Origin: Dendrobates tinctorius
Taxonomy: Eukaryota
Direction of reading: 5' to 3'
Assembly (NCBI RefSeq): GCF_039654945.1
Contig: NW_027361671.1
Location: 26,226,001 to 26,290,000, forward strand
DNA: 64,000 bases
In this document: one piece after another, positions 12,696 to 23,739 of the stretch
How the letters are laid out: every line of letters starts with the position of its first letter
Position numbering within the stretch: position 1 is the first letter of the stretch
Notes under the pieces: model-generated
Database searches by the model: none
The model's input: the letters and a program-made list of their open reading frames with translations, nothing else
Told to the model about the DNA's origin: nothing
Translations under genes and position numbers: made by a program

Positions 12696-14063
12696 AAATA
12701 TCTGATACGTCCCCTTTCTGGGGACCATATATTAACTGGGAGATAGAAAAAGAGCTTGCTCTGTCCACTCCACGCATTGACCTGGTATTGCAGTACCTCC
12801 AGGACTGGTGCACCCCTTCCCTAATCCAGTTTCCAAAAACAGATTGAACTGAAATTAATGCAAGTTGTATTTTCGGACTGTTATTTTAATGATAGTCACA
12901 GTTGTCACAGGAGAGACCTTTTTTTTTTTGTCTAGAATAGAGCAGCTATAATAACGATATCTTTTCCCCAGGAAGTATTGCTTTGCCTGTAAGACTTCCT
13001 ACACCAGCTGGTGGTCTGCAGAAGAAGAAGCAGTACTCCGCTAGACATTTGGCACAAAGTCATACTTAGTTCCCCTGTGATAACGTTGAAGGGGAGCTCA
13101 ACACTTGGTGCCAGGTTTTAGCTTTGCATTGAGTCACAAGAGAGTCCTAGCACTGGTGAATCTTATTACCAGGGAAATCTCTAGACCAGGAGCATTGCTA
13201 GGGTTATAAAAGATCAGAGGCCCAAGCTCCAAGGCATATTTTGTGCCCCCTCCCTTTCCCCTTGCCTTAGAAAAAAATTACGCTACAGAAAACAGCAATA
13301 ACTCACTGAGAACAGATAATTTAATAGATGTCACATACAGTCCTGTGTAACACCACAAAAACAGTGATGACTAAGTACAGATAGTGTTGTACAATAGATG
13401 TTACCTGCAGTCCTACGTAACACCGCATATAACACAGTGATAACACTCTGAATACAGATAATGCAAATGTTACCAGTAGGCTTATGTAACACTATGGACA
13501 CCATGTGTAGTGGCACAGGCACAAGGCATCAATGTTTTGCTTGATAGAAGTGCCGCTGTCTGCTAGGGAAAGGACATGTCTTCTGCAGTCTAGCTGCTAC
13601 TGAAGCCATTCTGCCGTGTACAATGGTCTTCCTGAGTGCCCCAGAAAAAATAGAAATATACAACTACAGGATCCTATTGAAAGGGTTACTATGACTGTGG
13701 CACTGTATAAGTTGGCAATCTTTGAGGAGGGAACTGTATTTAGGGTCACTTTCCATGGGTCTCTGGGACACAATGGATGTCAAGTCTTGTTTGGGAATTT
13801 TTTATTATCTATGGGACTGTGGATACACATGAGTTTGTCCTTGACATTCTCCAACAATCCCACAGACAAAGAATGGAGTGGAGGTGAAGCATACATACTA
13901 CCACTCTCGATCCAAGACCAGGCTCTGTAGGGCCCAGTTCCCAGGTTCCAAAACCCTGTTTTTGGGATGATTGATGGCCTATAGATCAGACCCACATTGA
14001 TCAGTAAGTTACCCCATATTCAAAGAATAATGGATAATTTACTATCTTAGTAAGACCCCTTAA

Positions 14064-14280
14064 ATGGGTTGTCCGGTTCTGCAATATTGATGACCAGGCC
14101 TTGGGATGGATCATCAGTATCACATTGGTTGGGTTTGGACACCCCCCCACAACCATCTGTTATCATCTTGACTTGTGGCTGAAGTCGAATACAAGGTAGT
14201 GGCTGATAACAGCTAATCTAATATTAATGACCTATGCAATGGATAATTCATTAATGTCATCATATGACCAGACAACCCCT
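14064..14280. mobile_element. T2/Kolobok-type MITE
   Basis: ttaa|atgggttgtcc ... agacaacccct|ttaa. Confidence 0.6.
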
Positions 14281-14577
14281 TTAATGTTTATTAGCAAAGT
14301 AAAAACACTTCTCTTAGCATTTTTAATGGGAATCTATCCAGAGATTTATACTGTCCAAATCACAGGTAACGTGAATAAGACACAGCCTGCATTATGCAGT
14401 CATGTATGTATAGGGAGAAGCCTGTCAGTTTAGGGGGACAGATTTGGGAGAACCTACCTAGGGACTATTCTCAGACTAGTCAGTCAAGACACATAGGCTC
14501 TGATTTATTAAAGAGCTGGTCCACATGTCAGGATTCTCAATTGCCATGAGCAGGTGGTCATGTGACCACAAGTATGT

Positions 14578-15243
14578 TGTCAGGAACACCGCACTGCACT
14601 TGCTCACTGAGCCAGTGCGTGTGTCCTGAGTACAAAAATAGTGCTCAAAGATACCTGTGGAGCAGGGCAGCAGTGGTGACGATGCGTGCTTCAGACTATC
14701 AGGACCTGAAGCACGTGACTGCTGGGGGCGTGACCTAAGCTCCACAGAGCAAGGAGCTGCAGGGAAACTCCTAGAAAGGTAACTAAGGGACAAGTTACCA
14801 AGGGGCATAGACAGGGACGTAAACCAGATAAAGCCGGGTCAAAACATGAGATAGCAGGACAGTACCAAAGGGTTAGACAGAGCGAATAGTCAGGACGTAG
14901 CAACAGATCAGGAAACCAGAATGGGCAATGGACGGTACAATAGGGACAAACTGTAACGGAGTAACAATAGCCAAGCCAGGAGGTCAGAACTGGAGAAGAC
15001 AATAGTACCAAAACGTGAGACAGAGAACAGAGTGAGGGGACAGACCGGGTCATACACGGGAATCAAACAAGCAATGCAGTATACATGCACACCAGGGGGG
15101 TCAGACAAACAGCCAGAATAATAGTATAGCTGACAGTGAATCCTAGTCTGGATTGAGTATAAATACCCCTCCCAGATCCAAAGAGAGGCCGGCAAACGTT
15201 AACCCACTGAGAACAGGCCATTAACCATGTCCTAACCATGACA
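14578..15243 (-). repeat. 3' LTR of the Gypsy element
   Basis: Direct repeat of 19493-20156 (7 differences counted in the first ~125 bp); abuts the polypurine tract (minus agaggagggtac). Confidence 0.95.
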
Positions 15244-15254
15244 GTACCCTCCTC

Positions 15255-18200
15255 TTAATGGGGGGCCACTGGACCCCCAAGTTTCTCAGGGTATCTGGCA
15301 TGAAAAGCCCGCACCATTCGATCAGCGTGCACCGAACTGGCCGGAACCCATGACCGATCCTCAACGGAATATCCCTTCCAATGAATAAGGTACTGAAGTC
15401 TCCGGCGCACCCACCGTGAATCAATGATGCGCCCTACCTCGTACTCCAGTTGACCCTCTACCAACACTGGTGGAGCCACAGATGAGGGATCTTCTCTAAC
15501 TGTCCCCGCAGGTTTTAATAGGGACCTGTGGAAGACGTTAGATATTTTGAAGGAGGTGGGCAACTGTAATCAGTATGCCACCGGGTGGATCACCTCTACA
15601 ATCTTGTATGGTCCAATAAATTTTGGGCCCAACTTCATAGAGGGTATTTTAAGTTTGATGTTACGGGTGGACAACCAGACTTTTTCCCCCACTGTTAACG
15701 CAGGACCCAACCCCCTCCTCCTGTCCGCAAAATGTTTGTACTTCTTCTGAGCTTTGGGGATGTTCCCCTGCACCTCCCTCCAGAGGGTTTTTAACTGTTG
15801 TACCATCCCCTCGGCACCAGGGCAATCCGAATCCATACGGGAAAATTCCCCAAACTGCGGAACAAACCCATAATTGACCTGAAAGGGAGACTTTCCGGTA
15901 GACTGATTAATACGACAGTTGAATGCAAATTCTGCCATGGGTAATACCTCACACCAGTCTTCCTGTCTGGAGGAGGCCAGGCATCTCAGAATCTGCTCCA
16001 ACGACTGGTTGGTGCGATCAGTCTGTCCATTAGATTCCCGGTGATAGGCAGAGGAGAATGACAAAGAGACCCACAACTTAATACAAAACGCTCTCCAAAA
16101 CCTGGCCACAAATTGCACACACCTGTCCGACACCACGTTCACGGGCACTCCATGCAATCGAACAATGTGCTGTATAAACAAGCGGGCCAAGGTTTAAGCA
16201 GATGGTAAGGCAGGTAATGGCACAAAGTGGGCTTGCTTAGAAAATCTATCAACCACTACCCATACCACTGAGTTGCCCTTGGAAGATGGAAGATTAGTGA
16301 TAAAGTCCATGGACAGGTGTGTCCATGCTTTATCCGGAATTGGCAAAGGCACCAATTCCCCGGCCGGCCAGACCTGAGAGCTTTTAGAGCACTCGCACAC
16401 CCCACAAGTATTTACAAACCTTTTTATATCAGTATCCATAGAGGGCCACCAAAAAACCCCTAGCTACTGCCCCCCGGGTAGCTGCAATACCTGGGTGTGC
16501 ACTTAACACAGAATCATGAAATTCTTGAAGGAGTGTGAGACGGAATTGTTCGGATACAAAAAATTTACCTGGGGGTTTATTCCTGGGAGCTTGTGCTTGT
16601 GCTTCCAGAATCTCTCTCTGTAACTCAGAGGAGATTTTGGCTACAACCACTCCCGGTTGAAGAATGGAGGAAGGAGGTTCTGGAGGGGACACAGAATCAA
16701 AACTTCGGGATAAGGCATCCACCTTTACATTTTTAGACCCTGGTCGGAACGTGATGGTAAAATGAAATCGAGAAAAAAAAATTGCCCACTGAGCCTGTCT
16801 GGGGGTCAATCTCTTAGCTGACTCGATATAGGCCAGGTTTTTATCATCAGTGATGACCGTAATGGGATGAGCGGCCCCCTCCAAAAAATGCCTCCATTCT
16901 TCGATGGCCAATTTAACCGCTAACAATTCCCTGTTACCGACATCATAGTTTCTCTCAGCCGAAGAGAACTTCTTAGAGAAAAAGGCACAGGGTTTGAGGT
17001 TAGTCAGGGTAGAGGGGCCCTGTGACAATACTGCCCCCACCCCCACCTCCGAAGCGTCGACCTTGACGATAAAAGGTCTTGACAAATCAGGTTGTACGAA
17101 CACAGGGGCTGTGGTAAAACACTTCTTTAATGTAAGGAAGGAATTTTTTGTGGCCACGGACCAATTTTTTACATCTGCCCCTTTAAGAGTGAGGTCCGTC
17201 AAGGGTTTCACCACCTGCGAGAACCTTTTAATGAACTTCCTATAATAATTAGCGAAGCCCAGAAATCGCTGCAACCCCTTCAGGTCATGAGGCTGCACTC
17301 AATCGGTAATGGCCTGAACCTTCCCTGGATCCACGCGGAATCGCTCCCCAGATACAATTACACCCATAAAAGACAGTTCTTGCATAAAAAATGAGCACTT
17401 CTCCAGCTTAGCATACAAATGGTTCTCCAGAAATCTCATAAGAACCGTACGTAAATGGTGTAAGTGTGACTGACTGTCCTCAGAGTATATCAAGATGTCA
17501 TCCAAGTAGATGACTACATAACGCCCAATCAAGTCAGAAAAAACAACATTAATGAAGTTCTGAAAAACAGCAGGAGCGTTAGTGAGGCCGAAGGGCATAA
17601 CCAGGTTTTCAAACAGCCCCTCAGTTGTCAGGAACGCTGTTTTCCATTCGTTCCCCTCCCGAATCCTTATAAGGTTATAAGCCCCTCGTAGATCAAGCTT
17701 AGAAAACGGGAGAGGGAACGTGTTCTTAACAGTAATTTTGTTCATTTCCCGAAAGTCGAGGCACGGTCGCAACCCACCATCTTTTTTCTTTACAAAGAAA
17801 AACCCCGCTGCCATGGGTGAGACCGAGGGCCGAATATGCCCCTTGCGAAGGCTCTCTTTGATGTACTCTTTCATAGCTTGGCTCTCAGGCCCGGACAAAT
17901 TAAACAAACCAGCCTTGGGTAATTTGGCTCCAGGTACTAAATCGATAGCACAATCAAATGGTCTATGTGGTGGGAGCGCCTCAGCCTCACTTTCAGAAAA
18001 CACTTCTTCAAAGTCTCTCAGGTACTCCGGAATACCCTCCAGACCGACAGACGACACGGATACAAATCTTATCGGATTGACAAAAGGAACGGGGTTACAA
18101 CACATACCATTATCATTACATCCCCATCGGATGATCTCCCCCTTCACCCAATCAATGAGAGGATTGTGGCGTTGCAACCAGGGCATCCCCAATACCAGTC

Positions 18201-18540
18201 CTGCAGGCAGATTATTCATCATGAAACAACATAACTTTTCCACATGAGTAGAACCCATTTTCATAGAAAAAACTTCAGACATAAAGCAAATTCCATCCCG
18301 TATAAGAGGGGATGAATCCACAGCCAAAATTTTAACAGGGTCTTTTAACCTGACTGTCCCTATCTTATTAAGAGTCCCAACTTGGGCATCAATCAGATTA
18401 ATGGAGGAACCACAGTCAACAAAGGCGGTGGTCATAACAGGACCGCCAGCAAGTTCCAATTCAACCTGGAGCACCATCTTTGTATGTGAGAAAAAATGTA
18501 CCTGGGAGTCTGGACAACCTCCTCGATTGTTGCCCAGACT
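15255..18540 (-). pseudogene. Gypsy pol (protease, RT, RNase H, integrase, chromodomain), disrupted
   Basis: AFVDCGS protease; YLDDILIYS RT; VDASEVGVGAVL and ELLAVK RNase H; SMDFIT, VVSDR, ESNGQTDRTN integrase; YEVGRIIDSR...YLIHWKGY...SWVP chromodomain. Apparent in-frame deletion between FPLP and FSKLDL in RT. Confidence 0.93.
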
Positions 18541-19432
18541 CAGTCGTTTCTCTAATGGTTTCTCTGAAGAAGGGCAGGAGGGGCAATTCCTTTTCCAATG
18601 TCCAGAGGCTCCACAGTAAAAGCATAGTAGGTTGTCTCTACGGTGCCTTCTCTCTTTCTCCTTAACCGAGACTGACCCAACCACCAAGGGCTCAGATACA
18701 GGTGCAGTGTCATACAATTTGGGGTACAAGGGAGACTCTTGTTGCATCATTCCTCTAGCACGGAGTCTCCAGTCCATACGGACCGCCTGCATCATGGCAT
18801 CCTCCAGGGTATCAGGGGGAGGATGTAATGCCAGAGCGTCATGCATACGGTCAGACAGGACCCTGCGGATCAAACCCCTCAGGGCGTCGTCATTCTAGGA
18901 TATTTCGGTGGTCCAACGTCTAAACTCTGAGCAGAACCATTCAGCAGAGTGCCTCCCCTGTGTCTCTCATCACCATATCCTCTGCCAGACGCGCTCTATC
19001 AGGCTCATCATAAATGTGCCCCAGAGCCTCAAAGAACAAATTCACAGACATACGTTCAGGAGCAGAGGAAGAGAGAGAGAAAGCCTATGCCTGTGGAGCC
19101 CCCCGAAGTAGGGAAATGACGACCCCCACCCTCTGGAACTGATCCCTGGAGGAGCGGGGCCTCAGAGAAAAAAAAAGCTTGCATCCTTCTCTGAACGACC
19201 TGAACTCCCTTTTATCCCCTGAGAAAGGGTCTGGCAATTTGACCGGAGATTCGGGGGATGCCAATGACACATCTCTATCCCCAGCACTAGGAGACCCTGC
19301 AGCGACAGCCCCCTGCACAGTATCCACCAACTGTTGCTGGGTATGGGCCATCGTGCGCTGTTCCACATTAAGTTTGTGGAATATTTGGGTCAGGTGCTTG
19401 ACCTGATCAGCCAAAGCTTGTATGGGATCCAT
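18540..19432 (-). pseudogene. Gypsy gag (capsid plus CCHC knuckle), disrupted
   Basis: MDPIQALADQV...KLPDPFSGD...VISLLRG and CFYCGASGHWKRNC in ORFs 19085-19432 and 17299-18873. Confidence 0.9.
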
Positions 19433-19492
19433 GAGGATAACACACTTTTTTTTTCCTTCAGAGGAAAAAAAAACTGAAATGGTCAGCTATAA

Positions 19493-20156
19493 TGTCAGGA
19501 ACACCGCACTGCACTTGCTCACTGAGCCAGTGCGCATGTCCTGAGTACAAAAACAGTGATCAAAGATACCTGTGGAGCATGGCAGCAGCGGTGACAATGC
19601 GTGCTTCAGACTATCAGGACCTGAAGCAAGTGACTGCTGGGGCGTGACCTAATATCCACAAAGCTAGGAGCTGAAGGGAAACTCCTAGAAAGGTAACTAA
19701 GGGACAAGTTACCAAGGGGCATAGACAGGGACGTAAACCAGATCAAGCCAGGTCAAAGCACGAGATAGCAGGACAGTACCAAAGGGTTGGACAGAGCGAA
19801 TAGTCAGGACGTAGCAATAGATCAGAAAACCAGAACGGGCAATGGACGGTACAATAGGGACAAACTGAAATGGAGTAACAATAGCAAAGCCAGGAGGTCA
19901 GAACCGGAGAAGACAATAGTACCAAAACGTGACACAGAGAACAGAGTGAGGGGCAGACCGGGTCATACACTGGAATCAAACAAGCAATGCAGTATACACA
20001 CACACCAGGGGGGTCAGACACACAGCCAGAATAACAGTATAGTTGACAGTGAATCCTAGTCTGGATTGAGTATAAATACCCCTCCCAGATCCAAAGAGAG
20101 GCCGGCAAAAGTTAACCCTGTGAGAACAGGACATTATCCATGTCCTAACCATGACA
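19493..20156 (-). repeat. 5' LTR of the Gypsy element
   Basis: Direct repeat of 14578-15243; TATA-like tatttata on the minus strand; followed by a non-tRNA primer site and the gag ATG at 19432. Confidence 0.95.
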
Positions 20157-20857
20157 TATGTGATATGTATGCTTCCAGCCACATTCCAACTAGACATGCG
20201 AGACCTCATTCAATACATGTGAATAGAGATTAAAAAAGGTATCAACCACTGAGTTTCCTGTATCAGTCACATATAGTGACTGCAAACTTTAGTGCCAAAT
20301 CAGGAAATCACCTTTAAGGTGTTTTACGTCAAATTTCAGCCATAAAACACCTTAGGTCACAACATTTATGAGCAATATGGAATTTGTGTAAAAATTGATG
20401 TCCAGTGGCCGTGGATAACTTCGGCTGTCGCTGCTTAACGTTGCGTGGCTGCTGAGCCATCCTGGACGTATAGCCCATGTGGACACTTCGGGCACCCTAG
20501 CCCCGTCTCAACTAACTTCCCTTCTACTCTAACCTTAACTCCCGGCAGCCCCTCCTACACTTAACCCTATACTACTAAGAGTTCTATATACTACAGTGCC
20601 CCTCCTAGTGTTCCAAAAGGAGCACTACGCTTTCCCTATTCTACAAATGACAATCTCTAAAATGTAGTAAACATTACCACACTTATGTGCAGATAAAAGC
20701 AACAATAACAATAAGACAAAGAGACACACAATGGTAATACCCAAAAAGGAGTAGCAGTACCATTCCATATGTGTGGTAATACATGTAAACGTAGCAGAAC
20801 CATTTAGCAAAGAATAATACATACAACAATGAACATTTTTTACTTAATCCCCTTTGC

Positions 20858-21004
20858 AGTGGCTCACCTGCTCTGGGGAATACAGCAGAGAATTCCTGGC
20901 TGTGGCTCACCTGGTCAGGGGAATACAGCAGAGAATTTCTGGCTGTGGCTCACCTGGTCTGGGGACTACGGCAGAGAATTCCTGGCTGTGGCTCACCTGG
21001 TCTG
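20858..21004. repeat. Short tandem array, ~43-bp unit, ~3.5 copies
   Basis: gtggctcacctggtc...ggggaatacagcagagaattcctggct repeated head to tail. Confidence 0.85.
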
Positions 21005-21486
21005 CAGAGTCAGTGAGAACCTGCAGGAGCTGACAGCTGGTGGAGCTCCGAGCACACCGTGCCCAAATGCTGATCAGTATATACTGAATGCAGTAAGCTG
21101 TGCTGGCCGAGAGTAGAAACTAAACAAGCAGGGAAAAATGCAGATCCAGAGATCCGGGGCAGTGCACTTATGATCCGTGACTGAGGCCTCAAATCAAAGT
21201 GCCTAGCAGCTCCTCTGCTCCTGACAAAAGAGAATGTCCATCAATAATAACCTTCAAGTCATGTGAAAAATCACCACTAATGTAATCAATCACTGCCAGA
21301 TTTAAATGTATATTTTGTGTTGTAAAAGTCACAAGTAGTATGCAGCAGGCCCATACTGTAGGGTAATGCCATGGTATCAGATTTTCTGGATTATTACATT
21401 CAGGGATAGAGGAAGTTGTTGTCCACTCTGGACTGTTCTTGACCATATTAATCTTCGCCTATGCATGTGGCCAGGAGCTGCCGACA

Positions 21487-21753
21487 TCTACTATATAATC
21501 GTCTAATTCTGTCTGTCTGTCTCTCTGTTTGTAACGGAAATCCCGCGTCGCTGATTGGTCACGGCCGGGCGCGACCAATCAGCGACAGGCGCAGTCCGGC
21601 CGCGAATTGGCGCGGAATTCGAACGACGCACGCCACTCCTACCGTCGGGAGATCTATAGTGCTAGCCGCTGATCTCCCGACGGTTGCCGCGGGTCAATAA
21701 ACTACATACATATTCTAGAATACCTGATGCGTTAGAATCGGGCCACCATCTAG
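21487..21753 (+). mobile_element. Non-autonomous Helitron
   Basis: Inserted between A and T; 5' TCtactatataa; 3' CTAG preceded by hairpin cctgat-gcgttaga-atcggg; no TSD. Confidence 0.85.
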
Positions 21754-22454
21754 TAGATTATAAATGGCCTGCCTGGGGCGAGTGTAAGACTCCTATCACA
21801 TGACTGACAGAGCAATTAACAGCAAAATGACTGGTGCAATGTAAACCAGTACTCAAATAAGTAGAATTACTGCTGTATGTTAAAGAAAAACTAAGCTGCT
21901 GGAGGCCATACTGCACCTGATTGTGTGCGCTCATTCCCATCGTTCGGGCACCCGGCTGTGTCCCTATAATATCTTTGCACTGTAATTTATTCTCTTACTT
22001 AGAAGCCCACCGTCATAATCTTGAGTTATTCACCCTTGACAGCCATTGTCTTCAGAAAACAATTTCCCTGAGAAGTCAGTTGAGAAGGATAACCATCTAA
22101 TGTAACATGGCTTGCGATAATTACCTGAACATGAACACGGGTGGGGGGGGCAGATAGAAACACAGTAGCACGGAGAAAAGCTAACGTAAACTAGATTATG
22201 GAGCATGAAAGAACAAACAGACAAATACAGCAAAAAGTCAATAGGCCATGACGTACCTGCAAAGTGATGTAATAAAAAATGCCCTTTTCTTTTGCTTTTT
22301 GGTGTTGTTTTTATTGTTTTTATTTATTGGATTATAGTTTGGTAAATCACACAATAATGCACCATTAAACTGAACTACTATACTGAAAGGTTTTATTATA
22401 GTCATCCAACATGTATAGAACAGTGAGCCCCACATAGATGGCTGGACATATATT

Positions 22455-23280
22455 TATCTTTTTATCTCCTTTTATGCCCATAGCAGCCAATGACTCAGAG
22501 GTATTCTTTGTAGCATGAGATGGTGCATTGTCATGCATGAAGATGATTTTGCTCCTGAAGGCACGTTTCTGCTTTCTATACCATGGAAGAAAGTGGTCAG
22601 TCAGAAACTCTATATACTTTGCAGAGGTCATTTTCACACCTTCAGGAATCTTTCCCTATGATTCTGGCTCAAAACATGACTCCTCCACCTCCTTGCTGAC
22701 GTCATGTGTGTTTGTGTATTGCATAGTATATGTCTATGTCTGTTGCATAGTGTAGGTCTATGCCTGTTTCATAATACCTCTGAGTCATTGGCTGCTATGG
22801 GCATAAAAGGAGATAAACTCATGGTGTGGCCACCATCTTCCAAAACAGCAGCTCTGGGAGACTATTCTGACTTCCTGCAAAGAAATACAAGCAGAAACTC
22901 TCCAAAAACTCACAGGTTCAATGGATGCAAGAATTGCAAAGGTGATATCAAAGAAGGGTTCCTATGTTAACATGTAACTTGGCCTGTTGGGATGTTTTGG
23001 AGTTAAATAGCTTTTTTGTTCAGTGAATGTGACCTCCTAATGCTGCAAATTCCACAAATGAGCATTTTCAGTGCTTTAAAACATATCAAATGTTTAGAAA
23101 TTCTACTGTGCCTAATAATTTGGAACAGTGCATTTTGAGGTTTTGTTCATTTTGGAGATTATACTGTTACCATTGGGAGGTTTCTTCAATAAAATTCGAT
23201 GTATACTCTAACGGGTGATGACTTTTATTAGACTGACTGTCATTTGCACCGACCATTTAGGAAAATCAGAGAAAAATATA
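22455..23280. mobile_element. Rearranged Tc1-superfamily relic (probably DD37E/TRT-like)
   Basis: IIFMHDNAPSHA on minus and SESLAAMGIKGDKLMVWPPSS on plus. Spacing from D to WPPSS fits DD37E if the deleted PDLNPIE is restored. Partial right TIR follows. Confidence 0.7.
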
Positions 23281-23404
23281 ATCTATCTATCTATCTATCT
23301 ATCTATCTATTCCAAAAAAGGCAGCACTCCATAGTAACTTTTTTTCAAAGTGGTAGGTGAGTTTTATTCAGCCCACATATCTATCTATCTATCTATCTAT
23401 CTAT
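23281..23404. repeat. (ATCT)n microsatellite interrupted by a ~68-bp insert
   Basis: atct runs at 23281-23309 and ~23379-23404 flanking aaaaaggcagcactcca...ttttattcagcccac. Confidence 0.85.
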
Positions 23405-23739
23405 GTAATGGAGTGTGGGTTGGACAAATGTAAAAGAGGAGGTTGGAACAGAAATTACATCACAAATCTTTTTTTAACTAACATATCTTTATTTAGCTTA
23501 CAAAAATGCATAAAATCTAAATAAAAATCCGCATAAAAAAAAGCAGATTTTTACATGCGTTTTCTGCCAAGAGGCGCAGATTCTGTGCAGAAAATTCTGC
23601 AGGCAAATCTGCAACATGTGCACATACCCAAAAGAGGAACTGAAGGCTGTGACAGCAGAGCCGCTGACAGGGGACAGGAAGTGAAGCAAAAAAGTATAAA
23701 ATATGAAACCTGGCAGAAAAAGTATATAGGTTGCCTCTA

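Larger units (their letters stand above)
14578..20156 (-). mobile_element. Full-length Gypsy/Ty3 chromovirus (sushi-like) LTR retrotransposon, mutated
   Basis: Paired TG...CA LTRs; 5-bp TSD tatgt (14573-14577, 20157-20161); PPT next to the 3' LTR; gag-PR-RT-RH-INT-chromodomain on the minus strand with stops and frameshifts. Confidence 0.97.

Noticed and set aside
15255-19432. Domesticated PEG10/RTL1-like gene
   Set aside because: Paired LTRs, TSD and multiple stops and frameshifts show an ordinary decaying retrotransposon.
20858-21004. Possible CRISPR repeats
   Set aside because: Contiguous tandem units with no variable spacers.
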